Below, piece after piece: positions 1-9,815 of a stretch of 64,000 nucleotides of DNA. Under the pieces are notes generated by a model. It did no database searches. It was not told the DNA's origin and was given only the letters and a program-made list of their open reading frames with translations. A program made the position numbers and the translations under genes. Positions within the stretch are counted from its first letter, which is position 1; each line of letters starts with the position of its first letter. This DNA comes from Trueperaceae bacterium (lineage in GTDB: Bacteria; Deinococcota; Deinococci; Deinococcales; Trueperaceae): the NCBI GenBank assembly GCA_034521815.1, contig JAXHLW010000013.1, forward strand, positions 1,024,001 to 1,088,000. Reading direction: 5' to 3'.

Positions 1-2
1 CC

Positions 3-89
3 CTGAGCGACGAGATGCAGGCCTGGTGCGCGTTGGCGCTGAGCGAGGCCGCTCGCCTTGACATTCGCCCTCCCCGCCGGAAGACTTAG
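3..89 (+). CDS. Possible 3' end of an upstream CDS (...LSDEMQAWCALALSEAARLDIRPPRRKT*)
   Basis: Open frame from the window edge to TAG at 87-89; too short to identify. Confidence 0.3.
   Translation: MSDEMQAWCALALSEAARLDIRPPRRKT
58..86 (+). promoter_or_regulatory. Sigma70-type promoter for tRNA-Pro
   Basis: TTGACA (58-63), 17-nt spacer, AAGACT (81-86) upstream of the tRNA. Confidence 0.55.
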
Positions 90-123
90 GGAGCTCACCC
101 GGATTCGGGCGGAGACCAACCGT

Positions 124-200
<77 letters not shown>

Positions 201-253
201 AATCTTTGCCATGTAGGTTCGGACCGTCGCGGTCCCTCGGATCGACGACCGCG

Positions 254-733
254 TCAGGGGAAGTGCACCACCACCTCGTCGGGACGTAGCCTGATCCACG
301 CCCCGCTGATCGCGTCGGTCGCACTGGCGCTGGCCGCGGCCCCCAGCCCGACCGCGATACCGGCCGACGCTGCCGACGCCGCGAAAAGGCACACGTACGG
401 ATCGTCGCACGCACTGGCCAAGGCGATCGAGGCTCCCGCCAGACCTAGACCCGGCAGCACGTCGAGCGCGAGGTAGGTTCCGCTCACCTCGCTCGTGAGC
501 GTCGCCGTGCGTTCCTGGCCGTCCTGGACCAGCCGAACCCGATACGTCCCCTCGCGCCGCAGCGTCAAGATCAGCGGGGTTCGTCCCACGCGTTCGCCGT
601 CCAGGAACACCTCCGCCCCTGCCGGCTGGGAGCGCACCGGTATCGCCTGCTCCTCGGGCGCGAACAGGGTCGCGCACCCTGCCGTGGCGATGAGAAGGAC
701 GAGCGCGATCACCTGTCGAACCGTTCGAACCAT
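254..733 (-). CDS. PEGA-domain lipoprotein with C-terminal hydrophobic helices
   Basis: Lipobox-like TAGC; PEGA-like VRSQPAGAEVFLDGERVGRTPL; start placed at ATG 733. Confidence 0.75.
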   Translation of the reverse strand: MVRTVRQVIALVLLIATAGCATLFAPEEQAIPVRSQPAGAEVFLDGERVGRTPLILTLRREGTYRVRLVQDGQERTATLTSEVSGTYLALDVLPGLGLAGASIALASACDDPYVCLFAASAASAGIAVGLGAAASASATDAISGAWIRLRPDEVVVHFP

Positions 734-942
734 GACGGCCTCCCCTACGGTCGGGACCGGCGTGCGCCGGCTCGCCCCTACCGGGGTCATTCCACGCGAC
801 GGGGCGTGAAAACCGCGTCAAAGGCGCGGTGCTGCGTGTCCTCGTCAACCGTTCGAACGACGCCTACCTGTACGTCTCGACCGACCTGCCCTGACCTCGC
901 ATCACCGCCGGAGACCGTCGTGTGCTACCATCTCCGGCGCGA

Positions 943-1019
<77 letters not shown>

Positions 1020-1058
1020 TCTTCTTTTCGCGTCTTTTCGCGCAATCGTACGTTTCAC

Positions 1059-1134
1059 GCACCAGTAGCTCAGGGGATAGAGCAGCCGCCTTCTAAGCGG
1101 TAGGTCGAGGGTTCGAATCCTTCCTGGTGCACCA
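1059..1134 (+). tRNA. tRNA-Arg(TCT)
   Basis: 76 nt; anticodon arm GCCGC-CT-TCT-AA-GCGGT; CCA end. Confidence 0.97.
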
Positions 1135-1229
1135 CGCGCCGGGCGGCGACGCTCGGCTGGGTCGTCGTGCCGTGTCCGCGTCGAGCGTTACGGCTCGAGC
1201 CCGCCCGCACCGCTTGGTAGCATCGCGCG

Positions 1230-2213
1230 GTGGACGCCCTCGAGCTGGTCCGACTGAACCTCCTCTCGCCGATGATCCTGGCGTTCGCGCTGGGCATCGT
1301 GGCGACGCTGATCCGCAGCGACCTGCGGCTTCCCGACGCGCTGTACTCGGCCCTGTCGATCTACCTGCTGCTCGCGATCGGCCTGAAGGGCGGCGTCGCG
1401 CTGCGCGCCACGCCCATCGCCGAGATCGCCGGGCCTGCGCTGGTCACCCTCCTCGCCGGAGCGCTGATCCCGCTGACGACCTACCCGATCGCACGCCGGT
1501 TGGGCGGCTGGAGCGTGGCGGACTCGGCCGCGCTCGCCGCGCACTACGGCTCGGTCTCGGTCGTGACGTTCGTCGCCGCGCAGGCGTTCCTGGACCGCGC
1601 GGGCGTGCCGTACGAAGGGTTCATCGCGACCCTCCTGGCTCTGCTCGAGGTTCCGGCCATCCTGGTGGCGCTGTTGATCGCCCGCCGAGCCCAAACCACG
1701 CAGGAAGAGGCGACGCCCTGGACCGAGACGCTGCGCGAGGTGCTGACGGGCAAGAGCATCGTGCTGATCGTCGGTGGTCTGGCGATGGGGGCGGCCGCCG
1801 GCGCCGCCGGCGTGGAGAGGGTCGAGCCGTTCTTCGTCGATCCGTTCGAAGGCGCCCTGACGCTGTTCCTGCTCGAGATGGGCCTGGTGACGGCACGGCG
1901 GTTCGGCGAGGTGCGGTCGGCCGGCCCGTTCCTGCTGGCCTACGGCACGATCGCGCCGCTGGTGCACGGCACGATCGGGGTCGCGGCGGGGCTCGCCTCC
2001 GGCCTGTCGCCGGGCGGCGCGACGCTCTTCGCCACGCTGCTCGCGAGCGCGTCGTACATCGCCGCGACGGCCGCGGTTCGCCTGGCGCTCCCCGAAGCCA
2101 GTCCGGGCCGGTACTTGACGGCGTCGCTGGCGATCACGTTCCCGTTCAACCTGGTGATCGGCATTCCGACGTACGCTCGTCTGGCGCAAGCCTGGGGTGG
2201 AGGTGGAGGATGA
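1230..2213 (+). CDS. sbtA: Sodium-dependent bicarbonate transport family permease (SbtA-like)
   Basis: Polytopic membrane protein with motifs LSIYLLLAIGLKGG, AAHYGSVSVVTF, ASASYIAA and SLAITFPFNL. Confidence 0.9.
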   Translation: MDALELVRLNLLSPMILAFALGIVATLIRSDLRLPDALYSALSIYLLLAIGLKGGVALRATPIAEIAGPALVTLLAGALIPLTTYPIARRLGGWSVADSAALAAHYGSVSVVTFVAAQAFLDRAGVPYEGFIATLLALLEVPAILVALLIARRAQTTQEEATPWTETLREVLTGKSIVLIVGGLAMGAAAGAAGVERVEPFFVDPFEGALTLFLLEMGLVTARRFGEVRSAGPFLLAYGTIAPLVHGTIGVAAGLASGLSPGGATLFATLLASASYIAATAAVRLALPEASPGRYLTASLAITFPFNLVIGIPTYARLAQAWGGGGG

Positions 2214-2524
2214 GCGACGAGAGCGCGAGCTGGACCGAGCGGCGCGTGGTCACGGTGATCGCCGAGGCGGTCCTGTACGAGCGGCTGCTGCACGACCTCC
2301 GCGCCTGGGGCGTCGGGGGTCTCACCGTCGTCCCTGCCGAGGGCGATCCGTTCGGGTCGCGCGTCGGCGACGTCGAAGGCGGGTTCCTTCGCATCGAGTG
2401 CGTCGTCGGTACGCAGGTGGCGGATCGCGTCCTGCGGGGCCTGAGCGAGCGCTACCTGTCCCGCTTCAAGGTCGTCGCCTACGACCACGCCGTTCGCGTC
2501 GTGCGCGGCGCCAAGTACCCGTGA
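2210..2524 (+). CDS. sbtB: PII-like regulator (SbtB-like)
   Basis: ATGA overlap with the sbtA stop; about 104 aa with PII-like pattern (VTVIAEAVL...GVGGLTVVPAEG...LRIECVV...VRVVRGAKY). Confidence 0.8.
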   Translation: MSDESASWTERRVVTVIAEAVLYERLLHDLRAWGVGGLTVVPAEGDPFGSRVGDVEGGFLRIECVVGTQVADRVLRGLSERYLSRFKVVAYDHAVRVVRGAKYP

Positions 2525-3240
2525 CCCGGACGGTCCGTGACGTCGCGCGCCGCCTCGCGCTCCTGGTGGCGGTGCTGGCCTTCGCGGCGGCGCATGCCCA
2601 GGTCGGCGCCGGCGACCGTCTGGTCGACCAGGGCAGGTTCGAGGACGCCGTCGCTCGCTACGACGAGGCGATCGCGGCCGACGGGTCGAACGCGGCGGCG
2701 TACCGGCAGCGTGCCCGCGCCCGGGTGTACTGGGCGGACGATCTTCCGAGCGACGAGGACGACGCCAAGCAGCGCCTGTACGACCTGGCCATCGCCGACG
2801 CCGAACGGGCCGTAGCGCTGACCCCCGACGATCCGGAGGCGCACCTGGAGGTCGCCCGGGCCCTGGGCCGCGCGGCGCAGTACCGGGGCGTGTTGGCGTC
2901 GCTGAACGTGGCCGCCCGCGTGGCCGACGAGCTGGACCTGGTCCTCGAGCTGGATCCGGAGAACGCGGACGCCTGGCACGCCCGCGCGCTGTATCACCAC
3001 GAAGTTCCGTGGATCGCCGGGGGGCGCGGTGGTCTGGTCGTTCCGGCGTTCGAGCGAGCGATCGAGCTGGCGCCCGACGCGATCGCGCACCGCGTGGCGT
3101 TCGCGGGGGTGCTGATCGACCGTGAGATGTACGACGCGGCCGCGGCGCAGCTCGAGGCGGCGCTGGCGCTGACGCCGCGCAGCTACCTGGACGAGCGCGA
3201 CCTCGACGAGGCTCGTGCCCTCCAGGATCGCCTGCCCTGA
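2521..3240 (+). CDS. Exported tetratricopeptide-repeat protein
   Basis: GTGA overlap; signal peptide ending AAAHA; several TPR-like helical repeats. Confidence 0.8.
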   Translation: MTRTVRDVARRLALLVAVLAFAAAHAQVGAGDRLVDQGRFEDAVARYDEAIAADGSNAAAYRQRARARVYWADDLPSDEDDAKQRLYDLAIADAERAVALTPDDPEAHLEVARALGRAAQYRGVLASLNVAARVADELDLVLELDPENADAWHARALYHHEVPWIAGGRGGLVVPAFERAIELAPDAIAHRVAFAGVLIDREMYDAAAAQLEAALALTPRSYLDERDLDEARALQDRLP

Positions 3241-3346
3241 GCGCGCCCGACCGTGAGCAGGCATCGCCGCAGCACGCATCTCTCGTGAGCACGGCCCGGC
3301 CTGCGCCGAGAGGCGCGCTCGGGCCGTCAGCGTCGCGCAGGGCGGC

Positions 3347-3374
3347 TTGCACACCGGCCGCGGTCTGGTACACT
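3347..3374 (+). promoter_or_regulatory. Promoter for tRNA-His/tRNA-Leu (possibly extending to tig)
   Basis: TTGCAC, 16-nt spacer, extended TGG-TACACT. Confidence 0.55.
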
Positions 3375-3389
3375 TGGCCGCGCGTGCGC

Positions 3390-3466
3390 GGTGGATGTAG
3401 CTCAGGGGTTAGAGCACCGGATTGTGGTTCCGGGGGCCGTGGGTTCAAATCCCATCATCCACCCCA
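3390..3466 (+). tRNA. tRNA-His(GTG)
   Basis: Anticodon arm CCGGA-TT-GTG-GT-TCCGG; G-1:C73 pair; CCA end. Confidence 0.97.
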
Positions 3467-3578
3467 CCTATTTTCTTCCCGGACGGGCCTCGGGAACGAC
3501 GAGACGGGACCAAGCGCGCACGCCCCGCTCGCCTACCTCCCGACGGGACGTTCGGCCGCGCATCAGCGTGGGCCGCGT

Positions 3579-3663
3579 GCGAGGATGGCGGAATTGGTAG
3601 ACGCGCCAGATTTAGGATCTGGTGGCTTAGTCCGTGCGGGTTCGAGCCCCGCTCCTCGCACCA
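3579..3663 (+). tRNA. tRNA-Leu(TAG)
   Basis: 85 nt with long variable arm; anticodon arm CCAGA-TT-TAG-GA-TCTGG; CCA end. Confidence 0.97.
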
Positions 3664-3736
3664 CCATCGGCAAGCTCGCGCTTGCCGATTCTTTTTGCAG
3701 GCCGGGCCGCCACCGCGGCCGTGAAGGGACAGCGAC

Positions 3737-5089
3737 ATGGAGACGACCCTCAAGGACAAGCAATCGGTGAAGGCGACGATCGAGGTGACCGCCGACCAGG
3801 CCGAGGTCGACGCCGCCTTCGACAAGGTGATCGCCACCTACGCGCGGCAGGTGCGCGTTCCCGGCTTCCGCCCCGGCAAGGCGCCCCGCGGCGTGCTCGT
3901 CAAGCGCATCGGCGAGGAGGCTCTGGCCGAGGAAGTCCGTGAGGTCCTCATCGACGACGGCTATCCGCAGGCGATCCGGGAGCACGATCTGACGGCGATC
4001 CACGCGCACGCGCACGGCGGAAACCCGTCGCAGGGCGAGCCGTTCGCCTTCGAGCTGCATTTGGACCTCTACCCCGTCTTCGAACTGCCGGAGCTGTCCG
4101 AGATCGTGCTGGACACGGATCCCGAGCCGATCGGCGAGGAGCAGGTCGAGGAGACCGTCGAGAACCTGCGCCGCGAGCACGCCACGCAGGTGCCGGTCGA
4201 CCGACCGGCCCAGGCGGGCGACCTGGTGCTGATCGAAACGGTCGGAGCGGACGACGCGCCGACCGAGGAGGGCAGCGTGATGCCGGTCGATCTCGAGACG
4301 GTCGGCGAGGAGCTGGCCCAGCAGCTCTTCGGTCACGGGATCGGGGACGTGGTCGAGCTCCAGCTCGACGATCCCTCGACGTCGGGCGACGAAGACGCGC
4401 CCGCACCCACCACCATGCGAATCCGCATCTCCGACGTGAAAGCGAAAGAGAAGCCGGACGCGGACGACGAGTTCGCCAAGACGCTCGGCTTCGACACGTG
4501 GGGCGAGGTCGACACCGCCATCCGCACGAGCCTGGCGGGGCAAGCGAAGGAGCGAGCGGACGAGGAACGCCGCGAGGAGTTCGTCGAGAAGCTGATGGAG
4601 CACACCGAGGTCGAGCTGCCGCCGTACCTGGTGAACCGGCGCAAGATGCAGCTGCTCGAGAATCTCGCTCGCGACCTGCAGCGGCAGGGCATGCAGATGG
4701 ACGCCTACCTGAAGAAGCTCGAAGAGGACGGCAAACGCGAGGAGTTCGACGGCGAGCTCCAGGAGAGCGCCGAGCGAGGCGTGAAGCGCGACCTGGTCCT
4801 CGAGAAGCTGCTCGAGGTCCGGCCGGTCGAGGTGAGCGAGGACGAGTTCCGTGACGCGGTGCGCTACTTGGCGTCGCGCGAGGGGATGGACCCCGAAGCC
4901 CTCAGGCGCGAGCGCGGCGAGGAGTGGCTGCGCAACTACCACTTCCTGATGATGCGTGACAAGGCGCTCCGCACCGTCGTCGACGAGCTCGCGAGCGGCG
5001 GTGCAAGCGACGGTCCGAGCGACGGTGCGGCCGAGGCCGCGCCCGGCTCCGAGCCTCGCGGCGCCGACCCGGCCGACTCGACGCCGTAG
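3737..5089 (+). CDS. tig: Trigger factor
   Basis: Ribosome-binding motif VPGFRPGKAP; synteny with clpP-clpX. Confidence 0.95.
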   Translation: METTLKDKQSVKATIEVTADQAEVDAAFDKVIATYARQVRVPGFRPGKAPRGVLVKRIGEEALAEEVREVLIDDGYPQAIREHDLTAIHAHAHGGNPSQGEPFAFELHLDLYPVFELPELSEIVLDTDPEPIGEEQVEETVENLRREHATQVPVDRPAQAGDLVLIETVGADDAPTEEGSVMPVDLETVGEELAQQLFGHGIGDVVELQLDDPSTSGDEDAPAPTTMRIRISDVKAKEKPDADDEFAKTLGFDTWGEVDTAIRTSLAGQAKERADEERREEFVEKLMEHTEVELPPYLVNRRKMQLLENLARDLQRQGMQMDAYLKKLEEDGKREEFDGELQESAERGVKRDLVLEKLLEVRPVEVSEDEFRDAVRYLASREGMDPEALRRERGEEWLRNYHFLMMRDKALRTVVDELASGGASDGPSDGAAEAAPGSEPRGADPADSTP

Positions 5090-5166
5090 GCGCACGCCCG
5101 ATTGCCCACCCTCGGCTGCGTACGAGCGCGTTCGGAGCCGAGGGCGGGCTCTGGTATCGTGCCGGC

Positions 5167-5784
5167 ATGCCGCTCGTCCCGTACGTCATCGAACAAACCG
5201 GTCGCGGGGAGAGGACCTACGACGTCTACAGTCGGCTCCTGAAGGAGCGGATCATCTTCCTGGGCTCGCCCATCGACTCGGAGGTCGCGAACGTCATCGT
5301 CGCGCAGCTGCTGCTGCTCGACTCGCAGTCCTCCGAGCAGCCGATCAACATGTTCATCAACAGCCCCGGTGGCGAGGTCTACGCCGGTCTCGCGATCTAC
5401 GACGTGATGCAGTACATCCGTGCGCCCGTCCACACGAACTGCGTGGGCATCGCGATGTCGATGGGCTCGGTCATTCTCGCGGCCGGCGAGCACGGTCACC
5501 GGGTGGCCCTGCCCCACAGCCGCATCATGATCCACGCCGGCTCGGCCGGCTTCCCGCGCAGCAGCCTTCCCGATCTCGAGGTCCAGGCGCGCGAGTTCGC
5601 CGAGATCCGCACGATCATGGAGGAGATCTACGAGCGCCACACCGGTAACGGACGCGAGCAGCTGCGCCGCGACATGGAGCGCGACAAGTTCATGTCGCCC
5701 GAGCAGGCGCTCGACTACGGTCTGATCGACCGGCTGATCGAGCCGCGCGAGACGACGCGCTTCCCAGGCGAAGATGGCCGCTGA
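5167..5784 (+). CDS. clpP: ATP-dependent Clp protease proteolytic subunit
   Basis: [21 protein letters not shown], catalytic Ser in AMSMG, RIMIH. Confidence 0.97.
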   Translation: MPLVPYVIEQTGRGERTYDVYSRLLKERIIFLGSPIDSEVANVIVAQLLLLDSQSSEQPINMFINSPGGEVYAGLAIYDVMQYIRAPVHTNCVGIAMSMGSVILAAGEHGHRVALPHSRIMIHAGSAGFPRSSLPDLEVQAREFAEIRTIMEEIYERHTGNGREQLRRDMERDKFMSPEQALDYGLIDRLIEPRETTRFPGEDGR

Positions 5785-6982
5785 GGTCCCGCCGCGCTGC
5801 GGCTTCTGCGGACGAGGCCATGGCGAGGTGTCCCGCCTCGTCGCCGCGGAAGACGGCCGCAGCCACATCTGCGACGAGTGCGTCACGCGCATCGACCGGG
5901 TCTTGGCCGAGGCGACGCAGGTCGAGGCGCCGGCCCCCTCCAAGCTGCGGGTCCAGACCCCTCGTGACCTGAAGAACCACCTCGATCGCTGGGTGATCGA
6001 GCAGGACGACGCCAAGCGCACCCTGGCGGTGGCGGTGCACAACCACTACCTGCGCTTGCAGAACCCCTCGTCCGAGCTGCAGAAAGCCAACATCCTGATG
6101 GTCGGACCGTCCGGCACCGGCAAGACGCTGCTCGCCCAGACGCTGGCGCGAACGCTGCAGGTGCCGTTCGCGATCGCGGACGCGACCACGCTGACCGAGG
6201 CCGGCTACGTCGGCGACGACGTGGAGAACATCGTGCTGCGCCTGCTGCAGGTGGCCGACTACGACGTCGCCGCCGCCGAGCGCGGCATCATCTACGTCGA
6301 CGAGATCGACAAGATCGCGCGCAAGTCGGAGGGAACCTCCATCACGCGCGACGTCTCGGGCGAGGGCGTGCAGCAGGCGCTGCTCAAGCTGATCGAGGGC
6401 ACCGTCGCCCACGTTCCGCCGCAGGGCGGCCGCAAGCATCCGCATCAGGAGCTGATCCCCGTCGACACCAGCGGCGTGCTGTTCCTCTGCGGCGGCGCGT
6501 TCGAGGGGCTGGACGACATCGTCCGGGCCCGCGTGGACGTGAGCCGTGTCGGCTTCCAAGGGGGCGACGAGGCCGAGGTCCAGAACGCCGAGGTCGTCCC
6601 CGAGGACCTGATCCGCTACGGCCTCATCCCCGAGCTGATCGGCCGGCTTCCGGTGACGGTGCGGCTGTCCGCGCTGAGCGTGGACGCGCTGGTCGACGTG
6701 CTCACCAAACCGAAGAACGCCCTGGCTCGCCAGTATCAGGAGCTGTTCGCGCTCAACGGCGTGTCGCTCGACTTCTCGTCCGAAGCGCTTCGCGAGGTCG
6801 CGCAGCGAGCGTCGTCGCGCGGCACCGGCGCGCGTGCGCTGCGCTCGCTGCTGGAGCGTACGCTGGGCGACCTGATGTTCGAGATTCCGGGCTCGGACGT
6901 CACCGAGGTGCGGATCGAGGCCGCCGACCTCGACGATCCCGGTCTGCCGATGACCCGCGCGGTTCGCCGCCGAACCGCCTGA
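5774..6982 (+). CDS. clpX: Clp protease ATP-binding subunit ClpX
   Basis: C4 zinc finger; Walker [29 protein letters not shown] loop. Confidence 0.97.
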   Translation: MAAEVPPRCGFCGRGHGEVSRLVAAEDGRSHICDECVTRIDRVLAEATQVEAPAPSKLRVQTPRDLKNHLDRWVIEQDDAKRTLAVAVHNHYLRLQNPSSELQKANILMVGPSGTGKTLLAQTLARTLQVPFAIADATTLTEAGYVGDDVENIVLRLLQVADYDVAAAERGIIYVDEIDKIARKSEGTSITRDVSGEGVQQALLKLIEGTVAHVPPQGGRKHPHQELIPVDTSGVLFLCGGAFEGLDDIVRARVDVSRVGFQGGDEAEVQNAEVVPEDLIRYGLIPELIGRLPVTVRLSALSVDALVDVLTKPKNALARQYQELFALNGVSLDFSSEALREVAQRASSRGTGARALRSLLERTLGDLMFEIPGSDVTEVRIEAADLDDPGLPMTRAVRRRTA

Positions 6983-6990
6983 CCGACCCT

Positions 6991-8154
6991 TCAGAGGGGA
7001 CCGTACGCCGCCGGCATGGCGCGCAGTCGTGCGAGAACGTGCGCGAATCGCTCGGCGGCGGCGTCCACCTCGGACTCGGTCGTGGCGGCGCTCAGCGAGA
7101 AGCGAAGACTGGCCCGTGCCGCCTCTCGGGCGAGCCCCATGGCGGTCAGGACGTGGCTGGGCTCGACGCTTCCCGCCGCGCACGCCGAGCCTGCGCTCAC
7201 CTCGACCCCAGCATCGTCCAGCGCCAGCAACAGCGCCTCCCCGTCCACGCCGTCCACACGAACGCTCAGGTGCTTCGGCCCCCGAGGACCGTCGACGTTC
7301 TCGTGAACGCCGCCGTCGCGCGTCAAGGCCCGCGCCAGTCGGTCGCGCAGCGCTGCGGTTCGTTCGGCGTTGACCAGCGCGTCGCGCGCAGCCGCCTCTG
7401 CCGCCGCGCCGAACCCGACGATCGCAGCGACGGCGTGCGACCCCGCTCGTCGGCCTCGCTCCTGCGCGCCTCCGACCGCCTGCGGGACGAGCTCGTGCCC
7501 GTCGCGGACCCACAGGGCGCCCACCCCTTGCGGCCCTCCGATCTTGTGCGACGAAAGCGCCATCAGATCGACGCCCAGCGAGCGAACGTCGATCGGCGCG
7601 TAGCCCAGCGCCTGGACGGCGTCGCAGTGGAACGCAGCGCCGTGCTCCTTGGCGATTCCGGCGAGGGCGGGCACGTCCGCCAGCGCTCCCGTCTCGTTGT
7701 TCGTGTGCATCACGGCGACCAGGCCGGCAGGCGCAGGAAGACCTTCCAACGTTCGCCGCAACGCGTCTGGGCTCGGCGCGCCGGCAGCGCCGGGATCCAG
7801 CATCGTGACGGGTCGCCCCCGCGACGCTTCACGCGACGCCACCTGAAGCACGGCTGCGTGCTCGGCTGCCGACACCAGCAGCGGTGCGTGCGGGGATTTC
7901 GCTTCCAGTGTGCCCAGGATCGCGAGCGCGTCGGCTTCCGTCGCGCCCGAGACGAAGACGATCTCGCCAGGTGCTGCACCGACCGCGGCGGCCAGGCGCT
8001 CCCGCGCGGTCTCGATCGCCGCCCGGGCGCGCTGGCCGCTACGGTGCACGGAGCTGGGATTCGCGGCCACGCCGCCCGACGTCCACGGCGCCATCGCCTC
8101 CCGGGCAGCCTGCCCGACCGGCGTGGTCGCCGCATGATCCAAGTAGATGCGCAT
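6991..8154 (-). CDS. iscS: Cysteine desulfurase (IscS/NifS class I)
   Basis: IYLDHAATTP, SSHKIGGP (PLP lysine), SAGSAC catalytic Cys. Confidence 0.92.
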   Translation of the reverse strand: MRIYLDHAATTPVGQAAREAMAPWTSGGVAANPSSVHRSGQRARAAIETARERLAAAVGAAPGEIVFVSGATEADALAILGTLEAKSPHAPLLVSAAEHAAVLQVASREASRGRPVTMLDPGAAGAPSPDALRRTLEGLPAPAGLVAVMHTNNETGALADVPALAGIAKEHGAAFHCDAVQALGYAPIDVRSLGVDLMALSSHKIGGPQGVGALWVRDGHELVPQAVGGAQERGRRAGSHAVAAIVGFGAAAEAAARDALVNAERTAALRDRLARALTRDGGVHENVDGPRGPKHLSVRVDGVDGEALLLALDDAGVEVSAGSACAAGSVEPSHVLTAMGLAREAARASLRFSLSAATTESEVDAAAERFAHVLARLRAMPAAYGPL

Positions 8155-8166
8155 GGGCGGCCCCCG

Positions 8167-8616
8167 TCAGGTTCGCAGGGCGAATCCTTCGGGAAGGGGC
8201 TCGATGTTCAGCAGCTGGCGCCCGGCCATGAGGTCGGCCACCGTCGTGCCGCCGAGGACGCGCCGGACCGCCTGGTCCACCTCGCGCCAGAGCGGCTCGG
8301 TGCTGCACGCCCCCACGCGGCCGCAGGTGTCGTCGTCGTCGATGCAGGCGACCGGCGCGACGGAGCCTTCGAGCGCCTCGACGACGTCCAGCGCCGTGAT
8401 CCGGTCGGGGCTCCGCGCCAGTCGGTACCCCCCGCGCGCACCCCGGACGCTCTCGACGAACTCGCCGCGACGCAGAACCGCGAAGATCTGCTCGAGGTAC
8501 TGGTGCGAAAGCTCTTGCCGATCCGCGACGGTCTTCAAGCTGGTCGGGCGGTCCCCGCCGACGGCGATCTCGACGAGGGCGCGCATTCCATACTGTGCCT
8601 TGGTCGAAATCCACAT
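8167..8616 (-). CDS. Rrf2 family transcriptional regulator (IscR-like, three Cys)
   Basis: ISTKAQYGMRAL, SVRGARGGY, C-x6-C-x5-C cluster; directly upstream of iscS. Confidence 0.9.
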   Translation of the reverse strand: MWISTKAQYGMRALVEIAVGGDRPTSLKTVADRQELSHQYLEQIFAVLRRGEFVESVRGARGGYRLARSPDRITALDVVEALEGSVAPVACIDDDDTCGRVGACSTEPLWREVDQAVRRVLGGTTVADLMAGRQLLNIEPLPEGFALRT

Positions 8617-8659
8617 GGCGGGCCTCCTGTCGTCAGGATATCCGTACCCGCCGGGTCGG

Positions 8660-9802
8660 TCAACGCGAGGTGGACGCACCTCGTGCTCGATCGGGCAGGA
8701 CGCCCAGCGGATCGAGCGCCCGACCTGCCTGCCGGACCTCGAAGTGCAGGTGGGGACCGGTCGACGCGCCGGTCGACCCGACCCTCCCCAGCGCCGTGCC
8801 GCGCGACACCCGCTGGCCGGGCTCGACCGCGATGGACGACAGATGCGCGTAGCGGGTCTCGAACCCGTCCGCATGCCCGACGTACACGGCGTACCCGTAG
8901 GCGCCGAACCACCCTGCCCGCAGCACCGTGCCGTCCAGGACCGCCAGGACCGGCGTCCCCGTGGGCGCCCCCAGATCCAGTCCGACGTGGTAGCGGTTCC
9001 CTCCGACCGACACGTTCCTCCAACCGAACCGGCTGGTGATGCGCGGAGCTCCTGCCAGCGGCCAGGCGAAGTCGTCGTCCGGCGGCGTCAACGGTCGACG
9101 CTCCAGGATCTCCGCGAGGCTGGCGAGGGCCGGGATGCGCAGCTCGGCGTGGGACACGGTGGCGGGCGCGATAGGGCTGTCGATCGGGCTACCGACCGAG
9201 ACGTCCAGCGAAGCGTCGACCGCGCCGCCCAGGCCCACAGGCGCCCGGTCGGCGATCGGCACCAGCAGGGGCACGCCCGCCTCGACCGGGTAGGGCGGCT
9301 CCAGGCCGTTGCGCACGGCCAGCGTGCCCGGCGGAACGCCGAGTCGGGCAGCGAAGGCGATCAGGTCCTCCCCGTCCCGGGGCGTCGCCAGAGGCCCCTC
9401 GCCGGGAGGCACGCGCACCTCGGCGCCGCCGGGACGGGTCAGTTGCGGGTTCGCGTCGCGCAGCAGCGTCTCGGGAAGCTCCAGGTCGCGCGCCAGCTCG
9501 GGCCACGAGACGTCGTTCGGCACGGTCCGCCAGCTCCAGCCGGCGGGGCCCGGAAGCTCCAGACGCGTCCCCACACGAAGAACGTCGCCGACCAGCGCGT
9601 TGGTCTCGCGGAGCGCGGTCACGGTCGTGTCGTAGCGAGAGGCCAGCTCGTACAGCGTGTCCCCGGGCTCGACGACGTGCACGCCCCCTTGCCCGAACAC
9701 GGGCCCGGGGGCGATGCAGGCGAGCGCGATCAGCGCGCGGCGAAGCCCGATCCGCACGGCGCGTCGGCCGCGGCGAACGGAGGGGCGGCGACGCCCGGAC
9801 AC
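8660..9802 (-). CDS. LysM-domain M23 family peptidoglycan endopeptidase
   Basis: LysM repeats (HVVEPGDTLYELA); M23 motifs HVGLD, YAHL, STGPHLHFE. Confidence 0.9.
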   Translation of the reverse strand: MSGRRRPSVRRGRRAVRIGLRRALIALACIAPGPVFGQGGVHVVEPGDTLYELASRYDTTVTALRETNALVGDVLRVGTRLELPGPAGWSWRTVPNDVSWPELARDLELPETLLRDANPQLTRPGGAEVRVPPGEGPLATPRDGEDLIAFAARLGVPPGTLAVRNGLEPPYPVEAGVPLLVPIADRAPVGLGGAVDASLDVSVGSPIDSPIAPATVSHAELRIPALASLAEILERRPLTPPDDDFAWPLAGAPRITSRFGWRNVSVGGNRYHVGLDLGAPTGTPVLAVLDGTVLRAGWFGAYGYAVYVGHADGFETRYAHLSSIAVEPGQRVSRGTALGRVGSTGASTGPHLHFEVRQAGRALDPLGVLPDRARGASTSR

Positions 9803-9815
9803 CGGTCCGGTCCGC

